Shown: piece after piece, positions 46,191 through 59,256 of the stretch
How the letters are laid out: each line of letters begins with the position of its first letter
Position numbering within the stretch: position 1 is the stretch's first letter
Assembly (NCBI GenBank): GCA_012295275.1
Contig: CM022678.1
Span: forward strand, 9,920,001 to 9,984,000
Reading direction: 5' to 3'
DNA: 64,000 nt
From: Chrysomallon squamiferum
Lineage: Eukaryota; Animalia; Mollusca
Notes under the pieces: generated by a model
What the model was told of the DNA's origin: nothing
Databases searched by the model: none
What the model saw: only the letters and a program-made list of their open reading frames with translations
Made by a program: the position numbers and the translations under genes

Positions 46191-47079
46191 AGATAAATAT
46201 AACAATACAAACTATACAAACCAATACCTAATTACATTAATATTAAATATTGAAATGTTTTTCTCAGACAAGAAGTGGAGAAGAGGATGAAAGTGAGACA
46301 AGCTGAAGATTCAGCTCATCCTGAGCTAATTGTGCAGAACACAGAGGAGTCATGGAAACGTCACACTTACAGATTAGCTCACCCTGTGTACACTGATGGT
46401 AGAATGTGGTGACAGTGAATGTGTAGCTTATCTGATGAAAGAAAATTGTTTTCAATTACAGTTCTATCAGGTACATTCTGAGAGAATAGTATTTTCTCTT
46501 TTCCAGTTTGTATGAGGATAAAATAATATTATTAATAATAGATTCAGTGTTTTCTGACATATTTTCTTTTGTGCTGCTTGTCTGATAATAAATAGGTATT
46601 GTTAATAATATATCCAGTTTTTTATCCTGATTATAGAGGTTAAGTTTTCTATGCCACTCTGTATTTTCTGTAATGTTAATTCCACTTCATAGAAAATGAT
46701 TTTAAAACTGTTCTATAGAAAGTTTTCTGACACAAAGAATGATAATTTCAACCATACAACTTAACTGATGATTTTTGCCTCTATCCAGTGTTCTGATACA
46801 GAAAATAATAATTTCTACAATCCTGTTTGTATGATTTTTTTAATGCTCTACTCAACATTTTCTGATACACAGAATAACATGACATGCTGTTAATTCACAC
46901 ACTGATATTTATGTGCTGATAAAATACACGGACCAAAGTTTATAAAGGAAATCATATTTTTATTAGATTTGTTTTTTTCAGAGTTTGTTCTTTATCTTTG
47001 TTGTTTTCATTGGCCAGTTATTATAAGAAGTGTTTTTGATAATATCAGTTATTATTTGTTAAATTGATGTTCTGCTCTG

Positions 47080-47245
47080 TATGTGTGAGGATGTATGTCA
47101 GTATGTATGTTGGTATGTCTCTGAATATATGTGTGCCTGTGTGTGTTTGTGTGAGGATGTATGTCAGTATGTATGTTGGTATGTCTCTGAATATATGTGT
47201 GCCTCTATGTGTATGTGTGAGGATGTATGTCAGTATGTATGTTAG
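47080..47245. repeat. 66-bp tandem repeat, ~2.5 copies
   Basis: gtgaggatgtatgtcagtatgtatgtt occurs at 47085, 47151 and 47217. Confidence 0.9.
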
Positions 47246-47974
47246 TTTCTCTGCATGTGTGTGTGTATTTGTGTGTATGTTTTGGTGTATGTATGTGTAT
47301 GTGTCAGCAAATATGTTGGTATGTCTGTGTGGGTTTTGCATAAGTGAATGTGTGTGTGTGACTGTGTATTTCTGTTGTTTGAGTATTGTAATGTTTGTAT
47401 GTGTGTTATTTTCGGAATTTGTTTTGTGTCTTTTACTTGTGTATATGTGATATATGTATATTTACATATGCACAAAACAGAACATAAACTCAGCAGATAA
47501 AGCATTAAATCAATTTATTTAGCACACTTTAATAAAAAAACTTGTCTAGATTAATTTTTAATACTAGCTCCTGTCAAATAAAGTAATTAATTATCCAATG
47601 TAATAATTTGAAACAGGTGAAAAAAAAAAGAAAAATATCTTTTTACAATATTTTTGTTTATAATGCACATGTACAAGTTTTATGTTTTTTATAGGCATTT
47701 TCAATTAATTAATTTTTATATTTGTTAAAATTTTGCTGTTGAATTTGATTTTTTAATTCATTGTTACTGTTTCTTGGTAAATAAAAAAGAGATATAAAAT
47801 TGTTTTCAGGGTGTTTATTATTAGTGATTTTGTTTTTAATTTGGGTGGAAAACTGTATTTGCTTTCTTTCTTTATTTCATATCTTTTAACAATATAAATA
47901 ACGTTTTAGCAAAATAGAGTTATTTCCCTTATATTATGAAAATTATTATCCATGGTCAGTTGCTTATAATATAA

Positions 47975-48010
<36 letters not shown>

Positions 48011-48546
48011 CTAACAAATGAATAAATAAATAATTAGTTTATGTAAACTAACAAATGAATAAATAAATAATTGGTTTATGTGTGATTAAAAAAAATGTAA
48101 CTTTTTTTTTTTTTTCTTCTTACGGGGGTCTTCATGACAAATTACAAAATAATACTGAAATGATGTGTATACTTTGTGAAGGCAATTAATGTATAAAATT
48201 GGGTCTAAGAATATTTTGAATTGTAACTCAGTTCTCAACATATAAATAATAGTTGCTGGAAAAGTTATACTTATTCTGAAATATTACTCAAAAGGAAAAG
48301 AAGGAATATATATATCTATGTAGAAGTAAACAAATTTTCCAGTCAACGAAATGATAAGGAGTAATTGTGAATGAAATATTAAATTTTTCAAGTTAAAATA
48401 AATTTTAAATGGAATACCAAGTGTTGTTATCAAATATTTATTTCATGGAAGACTCAAAAATGATAACTGTAATAATCTATTTAAATATGTACAGAATTAA
48501 AAACTAAAAAATATTGTGTGTGTATGTGTGCATGCTTGTGTATGTA

Positions 48547-48580
<34 letters not shown>

Positions 48581-49063
48581 GTGTTTGTGACTAAACAAGC
48601 ACACATTTACACTAATATACACAAACACACACACAAACAACAACATATGTTTATATTAATTTCTACATAGTTTATAATGTGTATTTATTAGTATAAAACA
48701 TCTAATGTCTTGTTTATCAATTACTTAGAAAATTCTATTAAACTGTATTTATTACTAATTTCATCTCAAGCAAATCAAGCAAATATTTAAATTCAAAAGT
48801 AATAATAATTGTGTAAATTATCAGTTTATGTCTAGTTGAATAAAAATTGGAGGCTTTATTTTTGAAAAAGTTGAATAAATAATAAAATAAATTATATTAA
48901 AATTATATAATAATAAACTACAATAATCACAATAATAAATTAATAATAAAATTATAAATAAATGAATAAATAATGTAATAATAAAATTACAATAATAACG
49001 ATGACAGTAATAAATAACTAATTAATAATACACTTTTATTAATATTACTGGTAACTAAACTAA

Positions 49064-49124
<61 letters not shown>

Positions 49125-49939
49125 CTATAAAATTATTTTTTAATAATCCACTAAATGATAATAAAATATTGTTGAGACAAGTTAAATTAGTTTTTTATTT
49201 TATTTATTTATTCTTCATAAAGTGAGGCTGATGCATAAAACATAAGAAATATGGAACTGGAGGTCGTACCCACGACGCTCCCCGATTTTCTAGTTTCAGT
49301 GTGTCTCATATTTCTGAACTAGAACTAACTCGCAGTAGCTCAATGGGAATTTCTTACTAAATTTTAATAAATGTATAAATTTCACACTAGTGTACACGTG
49401 TAAAATATACTTACTGGTATAAACAGTGTCTCAGATGGATACTAGAACTAACTCGCCTAACCTAATTTTCTTCTTACGATAACTTTAATAACACAACAGT
49501 ATTTATCACAAGTTACTAGCAGTAAAATAAAAAAAGTAATGTGAGATTTATTTTAATAAGAAAACTACAGATAAAATGTATAGATAAAAAAAAAAAAACG
49601 AAAAAAAAACAAAAACACTTACTGCAATAAAAAAAAAAATAAAAACTGGTAACAGTGTCTTCAATGGATAAAAAAATAAAATTTATTTTGTTTCGACCTA
49701 TTTTTCTACATATTAAGAATAAAAACACAGTAATTTTTATCCTTTGGTTACAGCATGTTATGGATGCCCGGAAAAAGTAACGTTAGATTTATTTTAATAA
49801 GAAACTACAGATCAAATGTATAAAAAAAACAAAAAAAAAAAAAAAAAACGTTACTGCAATAAAAAAAAAAATAGAAATGGTTCTAAGAACAAAAAATATA
49901 ACTTATAGATATTTTTAATATTACTGAAACTTTGTTTTT

Positions 49940-50247
49940 GACTCTGGAGAAACATTTACAGATTAAGACGAAATGGAAAAAGGAAAAGCCTCTAACATCA
50001 AAGCATCAGAGGATGACCACTGCTGAATGAACACAAAAGTTCAAACTTTTCAAAATGTGTCTCTGGAGAAACATCACAGAGCAGAAAGACCAAGGACATC
50101 AACATCAGCATCAACCACCACTGCTGAATGAACACAACAGACTGAAACTTCAAAATGTGACTCTGAAGAAACATCACAGAGCAGAAAGACCAAGGACATC
50201 AACATCAGCATCACTCACCACTGCTGAATGAACACAACAGACTGAAA
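49940..50247. repeat. ~100-bp tandem repeat, 3 copies
   Basis: ctctg(g/a)agaaacat...accactgctgaatgaacacaa occurs at 49942, 50061 and 50161. Confidence 0.9.
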
Positions 50248-50596
50248 TCAGATCAGTCTGGTCTTTTTACCTGGTCCTGTGTCATCAACTGACTGTAAAA
50301 TGGTGGAATCTGCTTCACACTCGTATCCAGAATTCTGCCACAATAAAACAGTTCAGTTTTATTGTTCAGTCTATTAATAGCAATATTAGACTCAAGTAGT
50401 TTTTTAAATAATATTTTTACTTTAATTTATATATGGAAAAAAAAAAAAAAAAAAAAAAAAAAGAATAGAAGAAATCTTAATCAAATATATTCTTAATTGA
50501 TTTAAAAAAGTAATACACATATACTGTTGTCTTTCAAATACAAGCTAATCTACTTGGGTCAAATACTTCAAATTAAAATCTTTAGTAAGAAACACA

Positions 50597-50632
<36 letters not shown>

Positions 50633-50864
50633 AAACACAACTTTAATGAATGTAATATAATTCTAACATATAATTCTGCATGTATGAATAAACATATTCC
50701 TAAAATTTGGTATCTGTGGAGAACAGCTTCTACCTAAACCTACATTCAGCAGCAAGAGTTAATTTCAAAATTATCAAGGAAATCCTAATGGTGATGTAAA
50801 GTAAATGATGATAACACAAAGACTGCAAAGTAATCACGTGAAGCAAGTGAGTGAGATGCAGGAT

Positions 50865-51016
50865 GCTGGGCGGATGTTGTGTTGTTCGTTGCGCCAACTA
50901 GCGGGGGCTTATCTGAATCTCGCTCGTAACTCAGATTTTGGCTCGCTCCTCAAATCGACTGCTCTTAACTCGAAAACCTCGTAAGTTGGGGCACTCACAA
51001 GTCGAGGTAGCACTGT
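50865..51016. mobile_element. End of a Tc1/mariner pogo/Tigger-type DNA transposon (single TIR)
   Basis: CpG-rich patch. The reverse strand reads CAGTGCTACCTCGACTTGTGAGTGCCCCAACTTACGAG, resembling CAGTGGTACCTCGACTTACG-type Tigger TIRs. No partner TIR was seen. Confidence 0.6.
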
Positions 51017-51090
51017 GTTTTATTTTTCTGTTTTTGTAATATTCACTGTAACAAAGCTCTGGCAGTGTATAAAAATACAACATTTGTTCT

Positions 51091-51704
51091 CAAGCCTCAG
51101 CAATATCTCTGTGTGAGTATCTTGAAAAACTGTGAGCTTTTGTCAGAGCCACTTTTACAGTTGATCCTTCTAGAACTGACCCTGCAGTTCACATAGTTTA
51201 TTCATTTACTTATTTTTAAAAATTCAAATTCTTTTTTTTTTTTTTTTAAATTTAAAAATAACCATATTTATTATTGAAACAAATACTGAAATGCAAATTT
51301 AATTCTGTATCGTTCGTAAAATCCACAAAAGAGTTTCCATAGGTTTAAGTGCATCTTCTCGAGTTTTAAAATACACAAAAGAATTTGCATAGGTTTAAGT
51401 GCATCTTCTCGAGTTTTAAAATACACAAAAGAATTTGCATAGGTTTAAGTGCATCTTCTCGAGTTTTAAAATACACAAAAGAGTTTGCATAGGTTTAAGT
51501 GCATCTTCTCGAGTTTTAAAATACACAAAAGAGTTTCCATAGGTTTAAGTGCATCTTCTCGAGTTTTAAAATACACAAAAGCGAAATCTGTCAGTTTGTT
51601 TACTCTCTCAACACAGTCTTCCTTTCCAACTGCTCTGCAAAACACTTCTCTAACTTCTCTCCAGTCAGAACTGACAGCACATTTCTAACAAACAGTGTGC
51701 GAAC
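51091..51704 (-). pseudogene. RRM3 exons of an A1CF/RBM46/RBM47/hnRNP R-Q family RNA-binding protein (frameshifted)
   Basis: The exon at TTCCAG|51704 reads VRTLFVRN, then after one frameshift AVSSDWREVREVFCRAVGKEDCVERVNKLTDFAFVYFKTREDALKPMETL. The next exon at TGCAG|51181 reads GSVLEGSTVKVALTKAHS..EA*. This matches the family RRM3 pattern VKILYVRNL..VERVKKIRDYAFVHF..REDA..AM..LNG..LDGS.IEVTLAKP. Confidence 0.85.
51324..51580. repeat. 5 x 50-bp tandem repeat made from RRM3 coding sequence
   Basis: The unit ga(g/a)ttt(c/g)cataggtttaagtgcatcttctcgagttttaaaatacacaaaa starts at 51331, 51381, 51431, 51481 and 51531. Confidence 0.97.
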
Positions 51705-52143
51705 CTGGAAAACGACACCATTCAAATGTGCACATCTTAAATCATGATCAGTCAGTACTACCACTACTAAATAATTTTGTCTTTAAACAACATTTAACAA
51801 CTGAAATTAATCGATTTCAGTTTATTCTTTTAATCCAAAAATAAAGAGCTTACTAAATAAAATAAAAAAAAAAACAACAGATAAAAAGTAATCACGTGAA
51901 GATATAAAATGTATTACGTAATTGGACAGTGATACATTTTCTCAAAGTATTAAAAGTGTTTCACTGTCCATAGAAGATGCAAGAAACAAAGTTATATTTT
52001 GTTAGCGCCAAATCAATCTTAGCACATTGTTTAAATTCATACACAAATAGAGGTTCAAGGTCACAAATTCATTAATTAACAAGAACAACAACAACAACAA
52101 TAATAAATAAATAAATAAATGAATAAATAAATAAAAAGAATGA

Positions 52144-52196
<53 letters not shown>

Positions 52197-52270
52197 TGAT
52201 GATAACAATAATAATAATAATGATAATTATAATAATAAATCACATTTCTCTTTAATACAAAACTTATTTC

Positions 52271-52303
<33 letters not shown>

Positions 52304-52394
52304 TAATAACAGCTGTTAATTATATTTAAAATTTAACTTTACAAACAATGAATATTTAAAGTAAAAGTATTATAAAATACTTAACATATATATA

Positions 52395-52594
52395 NNNNNN
52401 NNNNNNNNNNNNNNNNNNNNNNNNNNNNNNNNNNNNNNNNNNNNNNNNNNNNNNNNNNNNNNNNNNNNNNNNNNNNNNNNNNNNNNNNNNNNNNNNNNNN
52501 NNNNNNNNNNNNNNNNNNNNNNNNNNNNNNNNNNNNNNNNNNNNNNNNNNNNNNNNNNNNNNNNNNNNNNNNNNNNNNNNNNNNNNNNNNNNNN
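52395..52594. other. Assembly gap (200 N)
   Basis: Run of N. Confidence 1.
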
Positions 52595-54217
52595 TGTACA
52601 GTTCACAGTTTTCAAGAAATAATCTGTCCCATTGTCAGATTAGTGTTAACAACCCAGATTCTTCTAATTTCCTCTCAGCTCTGCATGGTTTCCTACCTCT
52701 AGCCATGTCTCAGCTGTCTCTTTATTAACTTGTCTTTTGCCTGCATCACTGCAAGTTCTTTAGGCCTCTTCACCATCACAATTCCTCTGTCAGGAACTAA
52801 TTTGCCTAGTGCTTCAATGTCGAGTTCAGTATATCCACAGTAGAGAATATCCAATCCATTGGCAGCCCTAAGTGAGAGCTATCCTTGACTTGCAAGGAGC
52901 TGAATACCAAGTGGAGCAAAGTTGTTGTTGAAGAAATCCTCAGTTATCATAATTACCACTGACCCAGTATCTAACAAACAATCAACTTGGACTCATTGTT
53001 TTAGTTCTTTCTTCAGTCTCTCACATTTTCAGCAAATTGGTGCAACAAGGTATAATTCTTGTTGAGTCGTTGAGTCAGACTTTCTTCCTGTAAAGCAGCC
53101 TGCAACTCTGCCACCTGATCTTTTAGCTTTTTAGCTTTCGCCATCCTGCAAAGCTTTATAAATTAAAGTCAGCTGGGAATTCAGTGGCATGTTACAAAAA
53201 GCAAATTATACCATGCTCATGCCAGCAACCAGTAATATATTTTCTGTCAATTTAAACTTTGTTTAAATTAGTATTTTAATATGTGGTGCTTTTTGATTAT
53301 AAATTTACTTTACTTTGAATTCATTATTACACACTAAATGAAATAACAAAATCATTTATTCTACTAACTTTCTTTTAATTCAGTATTTCAAGTTTTAACT
53401 ATCAGATTATAACTGACCTCTCCAAGAATCTTTATTTTAAATTTACTTCCTAAATTTAGATGCCCTTAATTGCTGCCACTCAGGGCTGTTTACCTCACAT
53501 GTTATCTAAGCCAAGGCTACTGACCATCACTGGACATTACTGGGTCCACACGTGTAAACAACTGGTCATGTGAAAGTGAACTTTACTGACCCCAAACAGT
53601 TACACGCCTCTTTATGTGATTATAGTTTGTAGGGAAATTCCTCAGATCATAACTTTCACAATTTCCCCATTAATCCCCAGTTACTCATATCAGTTTTAGT
53701 TTAGATATAGTGTTAAAACAGTTTGACTGAGGGAATGCCAATATAGTTCAGTTAATTAATACTAACACTTTAAGTAATATAAAACTCTCACCTGTCATTT
53801 GTTAACATTCAAACATTTCACAATCACCTACCTTTCATTGGTTGTGGCCAGTAATAACAATTTACATTTAAACAGAAAGTGAAGCAACACAATGATATCA
53901 GTCTTATCCACCACACATAGTAATTATAATGCAGAGGATTGTCTCAAACATCTTTCTCCCTTGCCTGATATTATCTCTTCTCTCTTGAATTCTCTTTCAC
54001 CACAGTCACACCCTGTACTGACCAGTACTGGCAGACTGTTACTGTCCTGGCTTCCTTAAGCAAGCACCAGTGACAGTGTTTACCATATATTAATGTCCCA
54101 GGTGTCTTGGAGGAATTTCCCAAGTATTTTACATGTAAACAACGAGAAATAAACCTCAGACACGTTAATGGTGTTGATCTATCTTTAGATTGTGCATTTT
54201 GAGTTCAGTCCCTCACA
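52595..54217 (-). mobile_element. Ty3/Gypsy remnant copy 2 (putative LTR, deleted gag, aspartic protease)
   Basis: The putative LTR at ~53232-54217 matches 42100-43102. The gag ATG is at 53144 with most of gag deleted. 52766-52990 translates QVDCLLDTGSVVIMITEDFF..LRAANGLDILYCGYTELDIEALG..RGIVMVK (retropepsin DTG motif, one stop). Confidence 0.88.
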
Positions 54218-54232
54218 ATAATAATAATAATA

Positions 54233-54310
<78 letters not shown>

Positions 54311-55461
54311 GCTAACATAGTAGGATAGTGATAATAAAAGCTAATGTAGTAAAGGAGTTAATATAGCTGTAGTTGTAGTAGGTAGTAGTAGAAGTAGTAA
54401 TAATAACTAGTTTAGTAATAGTAATAGTAATAATAATAATAATAGCAGCTATGTAGTTTTAACAGAGTGCAGTAGGAACAGTAGCTGTAGTTGCAATAGT
54501 CATAGTAGTAGTTCCTGCTTCCTTTAAACAAGTATTTTAAACATTTTTTTATTAATATTTTTTTTTCCTATCAGGGAAGGAGGGACTGTTGTCAGTATTA
54601 TCAGTTGTTGGGAAGTCATCACCATTGACAACATTGTATCTTAACAACCAGAAGAAAAACTTAAAAGAAAATGAAATCGAAGAACTTTTCACAAAGTTGT
54701 TTGCTGCCATTGATAATAAATAAATTCATTTTGAAAAAAGAACAATAAAATAAATCAAGAATAAATAAATAAATAAATAAATAAATAGCCTAAATAAGCC
54801 TAAACGTCCTAACCTAAACTAGTCCTAATCCCCTAACACCTAGTCCTAGTCCTAATCCTAACTATAACTCTAACCTAAGCTAATCTAATGGTAAAAATAA
54901 GAAAAAAAGAAGTAATACTAAATAAAAGGGTTTATTATTGTTAATGCTGTTGTTGTGTTGTTTTCTTTCTGAATTGTTTATATAAATTTAATTAATTTTA
55001 AGGTCTCAGTGTCAAGAAGTCAGGGGAGAAAGTTGAATCATCTTGTAGTTGTCTCCCTTCAGTTACAGACAGCTTCCTGATTAAACTGACAGCACTTGGA
55101 GGACATCCTGGTAAACAGTTATATTTGTTTTTTATTTTTAACATTTATATGGATCATATTTATTGAAATTTGTCATCTCATTTATTTATTTATTTATTTT
55201 GCTCTAGGAATGCTGGGTAATATGATGCACTGTCCAGCCATTCTTACAGATAAAGGAACAGTCAACTTCTGACACTGACACTAGGTGATGTCCTTGACAT
55301 TGCAGCCGTGTTGAGAGGTCATGGTGAGTGATTATATAGTACGTAGTATGTAGTAATAACAGTTCACAGCTATCTTTCTATCTGTAATAACAAACATCAC
55401 ATTCTGCTTATTTATGAATATTTATATTTGTTTGTCTCTCCCACTTGAAGCTTCTCTATGT

Positions 55462-55516
<55 letters not shown>

Positions 55517-55979
55517 TCTTTGTTTGTTTTTTTTTTGTTTGTTTAATTTTTTAATAATTCTTGATTGTTAATATATTAAAATGGTAATTAATATTATTTA
55601 TATATATTGTTTTCTTCTTCTCTTTTTAGAGACCTGTTATTTAATTTTGAATTTTATTGTTCTTTTTTTTTGTATTATTATGATAATTCTTGATTGTTTT
55701 TTAAATTAAAATTATTTTTATTATTATATTGATTTTATTGTTAGTAATCTTATTTTGTATTATTATTGTTACTGTACTTTTTATTGTTAATATAATGTAA
55801 TTTCTTATTATGATTATTATTTTAGCATTTTTTTATTATTATTTTGTATATTTGTCTTATTACAATTATTATTAATATTACTATTGTTATTAGTCTTATT
55901 ATAATGTATTTTTGTTATTACTACAACTGTTTACAAATACTACTGTTGTTTTACTCTATTCCTACTCCTCTACTCCTCT

Positions 55980-56077
<98 letters not shown>

Positions 56078-56300
56078 GCTATAACTACTGCTACTGTTTC
56101 AATTTGCCAGGATCCAGTTACTTGTTCAAACAGTGGAATAGCATGGACACTGATGTCTGATTGTGTATCTGTAGACAAGGCTATAGATTACTACAACAGA
56201 GGAGAGGTATTCCATTTAAATCATCAGTGTTTGACTAATTATATATAAATGTCATTTGATTTACCTACTACTCCCAATCTGTCAGCTTCTCTCACTCTTT

Positions 56301-56352
<52 letters not shown>

Positions 56353-57034
56353 CTGCCTAATCCTATTAACTCTATATCTGTTTACAATAACCTTTCTGTC
56401 TGTCTGTCTGTCTGATTGTCTACATCTACCTATCTACCCAATATCTACCAGTCTCTAAACAATGTTACTTAATAAATACATCTATGTATCTCTGTATTCT
56501 TGTGTTTTACATTTGTCTCTTTCTAACTTTCTGTCTGTCTGTAAGTCTGTGACTTTATCTAACTTAGTCTGTTTGTCTATCGAAATATCTACCTATGTGA
56601 CTATCTATGTGTATGTATGTCTAAACATATAATCTGTAAATATCTGTTTTGGCAATTTTGTCTGTAAATATTTCTCCCAACTGTAACACTGTTCTTTAAC
56701 ACTAACAGTGATTATTATCAATAATTAAAAAAATGTGTTTATTGTTATCTAGGCTGACTGTTCATAGAGTCAAGAATTAACATTAAAGTTGATGATGTTA
56801 AAAGTACAGAACTGCAGGTAAAGGTCAGGTATAGTGATGATGTCATTGTCTTTTTATTTCTCTCTCACTATCTCTAATTTTCTCCTAGCCTCTCTGATTT
56901 TCTCTTTCACTTTCTTTCTTTCTTTCATTGTCTTTCCCTGTTCATAAAGTGTATATGCATAATTATGATACCTAGGTTTAAACAAAGTAGTTGGTTTTTG
57001 CCTTGATGCTCATGGAAAGGCTCACATATAACAA

Positions 57035-57092
<58 letters not shown>

Positions 57093-58315
57093 TTAATGGT
57101 AACTGATAAAAAAAAAAAAATAAAAATGAAAAAAAAAATCCTTTCATTTGTAATTATGTCTATTGGTATCATGTGCTTATAAAATTATGTCCATTATTTT
57201 TGTAAAATGGATAGGAATGAAAGCTTATCTTTAAATAACTGAAATTTTTGATAGCCATTGTTTTTACAAACTATACAAATGAATGAATGAATGAATGTTT
57301 AAGGCCACCCCAGCATGAAAAGTATATCAGCTACTGGGTGACAAACAAAGATAAATATAACAATACAAACTATACAAACCAATACCTAATTACATTAATA
57401 TTAAATATTGAAATGTTTTTCTCAGACAAGAAGTGGAGAAGAGGATGAAAGTGAGACAAGCTGAAGATTCAGCTCATCCTGAGCTAATTCTGCAGAACAC
57501 AGAGGAGTCATGGAAACGTCACACTTACAGATTAGCTCACCCTGTGTACACTGATGGTAGAATGTGGTGACAGTGATTGTGTAGCTTATCTGATGAAAGA
57601 AAACTGTTTTCAATTACAGTTCTATCAGGTACATTCTGAGAGAATAGTATTTTCTCTTTTCCAGTTTGTATGAGGATAAAATAATATTATTAATAATATA
57701 TTCAGTATTTTCTGACATATTTTCTTTTGTCCTGCTTGTCTGATAATAAAGCATATTGTTAATAATATATCCAGTTTTTTCCCTGATTATAGAGGTTAAG
57801 TTTTCTATGCCATTCTGTATTTTCTGATATAGATAATGTTAATTCCACTTCATAGAAAGTGATTTTAAAACTGTTCTATAGAAAGTTTTCTGACACAAAG
57901 AATGATAATTTCAACCATACAACTATAGAAAGTTTTCTGACACAAAGAATGATAATTTCAACCATACAACTCAACTGATGATTGTCGCCTCTATCCAGTG
58001 TTCTGATACAGAAAATAATAATTTCTACAATCCTGTTTGTATGACTTTTTTAATGCTCTACTCAACATTTTCTGATACACAGAATAACATGACATGCTGT
58101 TAATTCACACACTGATATTTATGTGCTGATAAAATACACAGACCAAAGTTTATAAAGGAAATCATATTTTTATTAGATTTTTGTTTTCATTGGCCAGTTA
58201 TTATAAGAAGTGTTTTTGATAATATCAGTTATTATCTATTAAATTTATGTTATGCACTGTATGTGTGAGGATGTATAAATATGTATGTCAGTATGTATGT
58301 TGGTATGTGTCTGTA

Positions 58316-58348
<33 letters not shown>

Positions 58349-59197
58349 TTTGGTGTATGTGTGTATATGTCAGTATATATGTTGGTATGTCTGTTTGTGT
58401 GGGTTTTGCCTAAGTGAATGTGTGTGAGTGTGTGTGTTACTGTGTATTTTCTAGATGTCTAGATTAATTTTTGATACTAGCTCCTGTTAAATAAAGTAAT
58501 TAATTATCCAGTGTAATAAACTGAAACAGCTGTAGTTAAATTATTTTTTCTTTTTACAATATTTTTGTTATTTGTTCATAATGCACATGTAATTTGACAG
58601 TATCAGTATTGTTTTTTATAGCCATTTTTAATTAATTAATTTTTATATTTGTTACAATTTTGCTGTTGAATTTGATTTTTTAATTCATTGTTACTGTTTC
58701 TTGGTAAATAAAAAAGAGATATAAAATTGTTTTCATGGTGTTTATTATTAGTGATTTTGTTTTTAATTTGGGTGGGAATCTGTATTTGCTTTCTTTGTTT
58801 ATTTCATATCTTTTAACAATATAAATAAAGTTTTATCAAAAGAGAGTTATTTCCCTTATGTTATGAAAATTATTATCCATGGTCAGTTGCCTAAAATATC
58901 ATAAATTAATAATAATAATCATAATAATAATAATAATAAACTAACAAATGAATAAATAAATAATTGGTAATATTAAAATAGGTTTATTTCTGATTAAAAA
59001 AAATGTAATTCTTTATTGTTTTTTTCTTACTGGGGTATTCATGACAAATTACAAAATAAAACTGGAATGATATGTTTACTTTGTGAAGGCAATTAATTTA
59101 TAAAATTGGGTCTAAGAATATTTTGAACTGTAACTCAGTTTTCAACATATACTTATAGTTATACTTATTCTGAAATATTACTCAAAAGGAAAAGAAG

Positions 59198-59256
<59 letters not shown>

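Larger units (their letters stand above)
37484..46412 (+). pseudogene. Decayed multi-exon gene: RNI-like leucine-rich repeats followed by an RRM-like domain
   Basis: Exons: 37484-37678 (open; VQELSLNCSCFTSQLLEFLVECFHGKLLSLKDVDTGNNPDL), 38230-38415 (2 stops), 38670-38869 (2 stops; ..HPLSVLDDA), 43486-43634 (GKEGLLSVLSVVGKSSPLTTLYLNNQ; donor lost), 43921-44028, 44126-44241 (internal frameshifts), 45004-45099 (DPVTCSNSGIAWILMSDCVCVDKAIDYYNRGE, RNP1-like), 45769-45844 and 46268-46412 (..LAHPVYTDGRMW*). Most junction phases agree. Confidence 0.72.
41930..48960 (+). repeat. Segmental duplication, copy A (~7 kb)
   Basis: Collinear and highly similar to ~53063-59831. The offset is 11132 bp at the gag ATG (42012 vs 53144). 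Confidence 0.95.

Noticed and set aside
49255-49310. tRNA gene or tRNA-derived SINE head (minus strand GTCGTGGGTACGACCTCC)
   Set aside because: There is only an imperfect B-box, with no A-box or cloverleaf.
51324-51580. CRISPR-like array
   Set aside because: The units are contiguous with no unique spacers, derive from RRM coding sequence, and sit in eukaryotic DNA with no cas genes.
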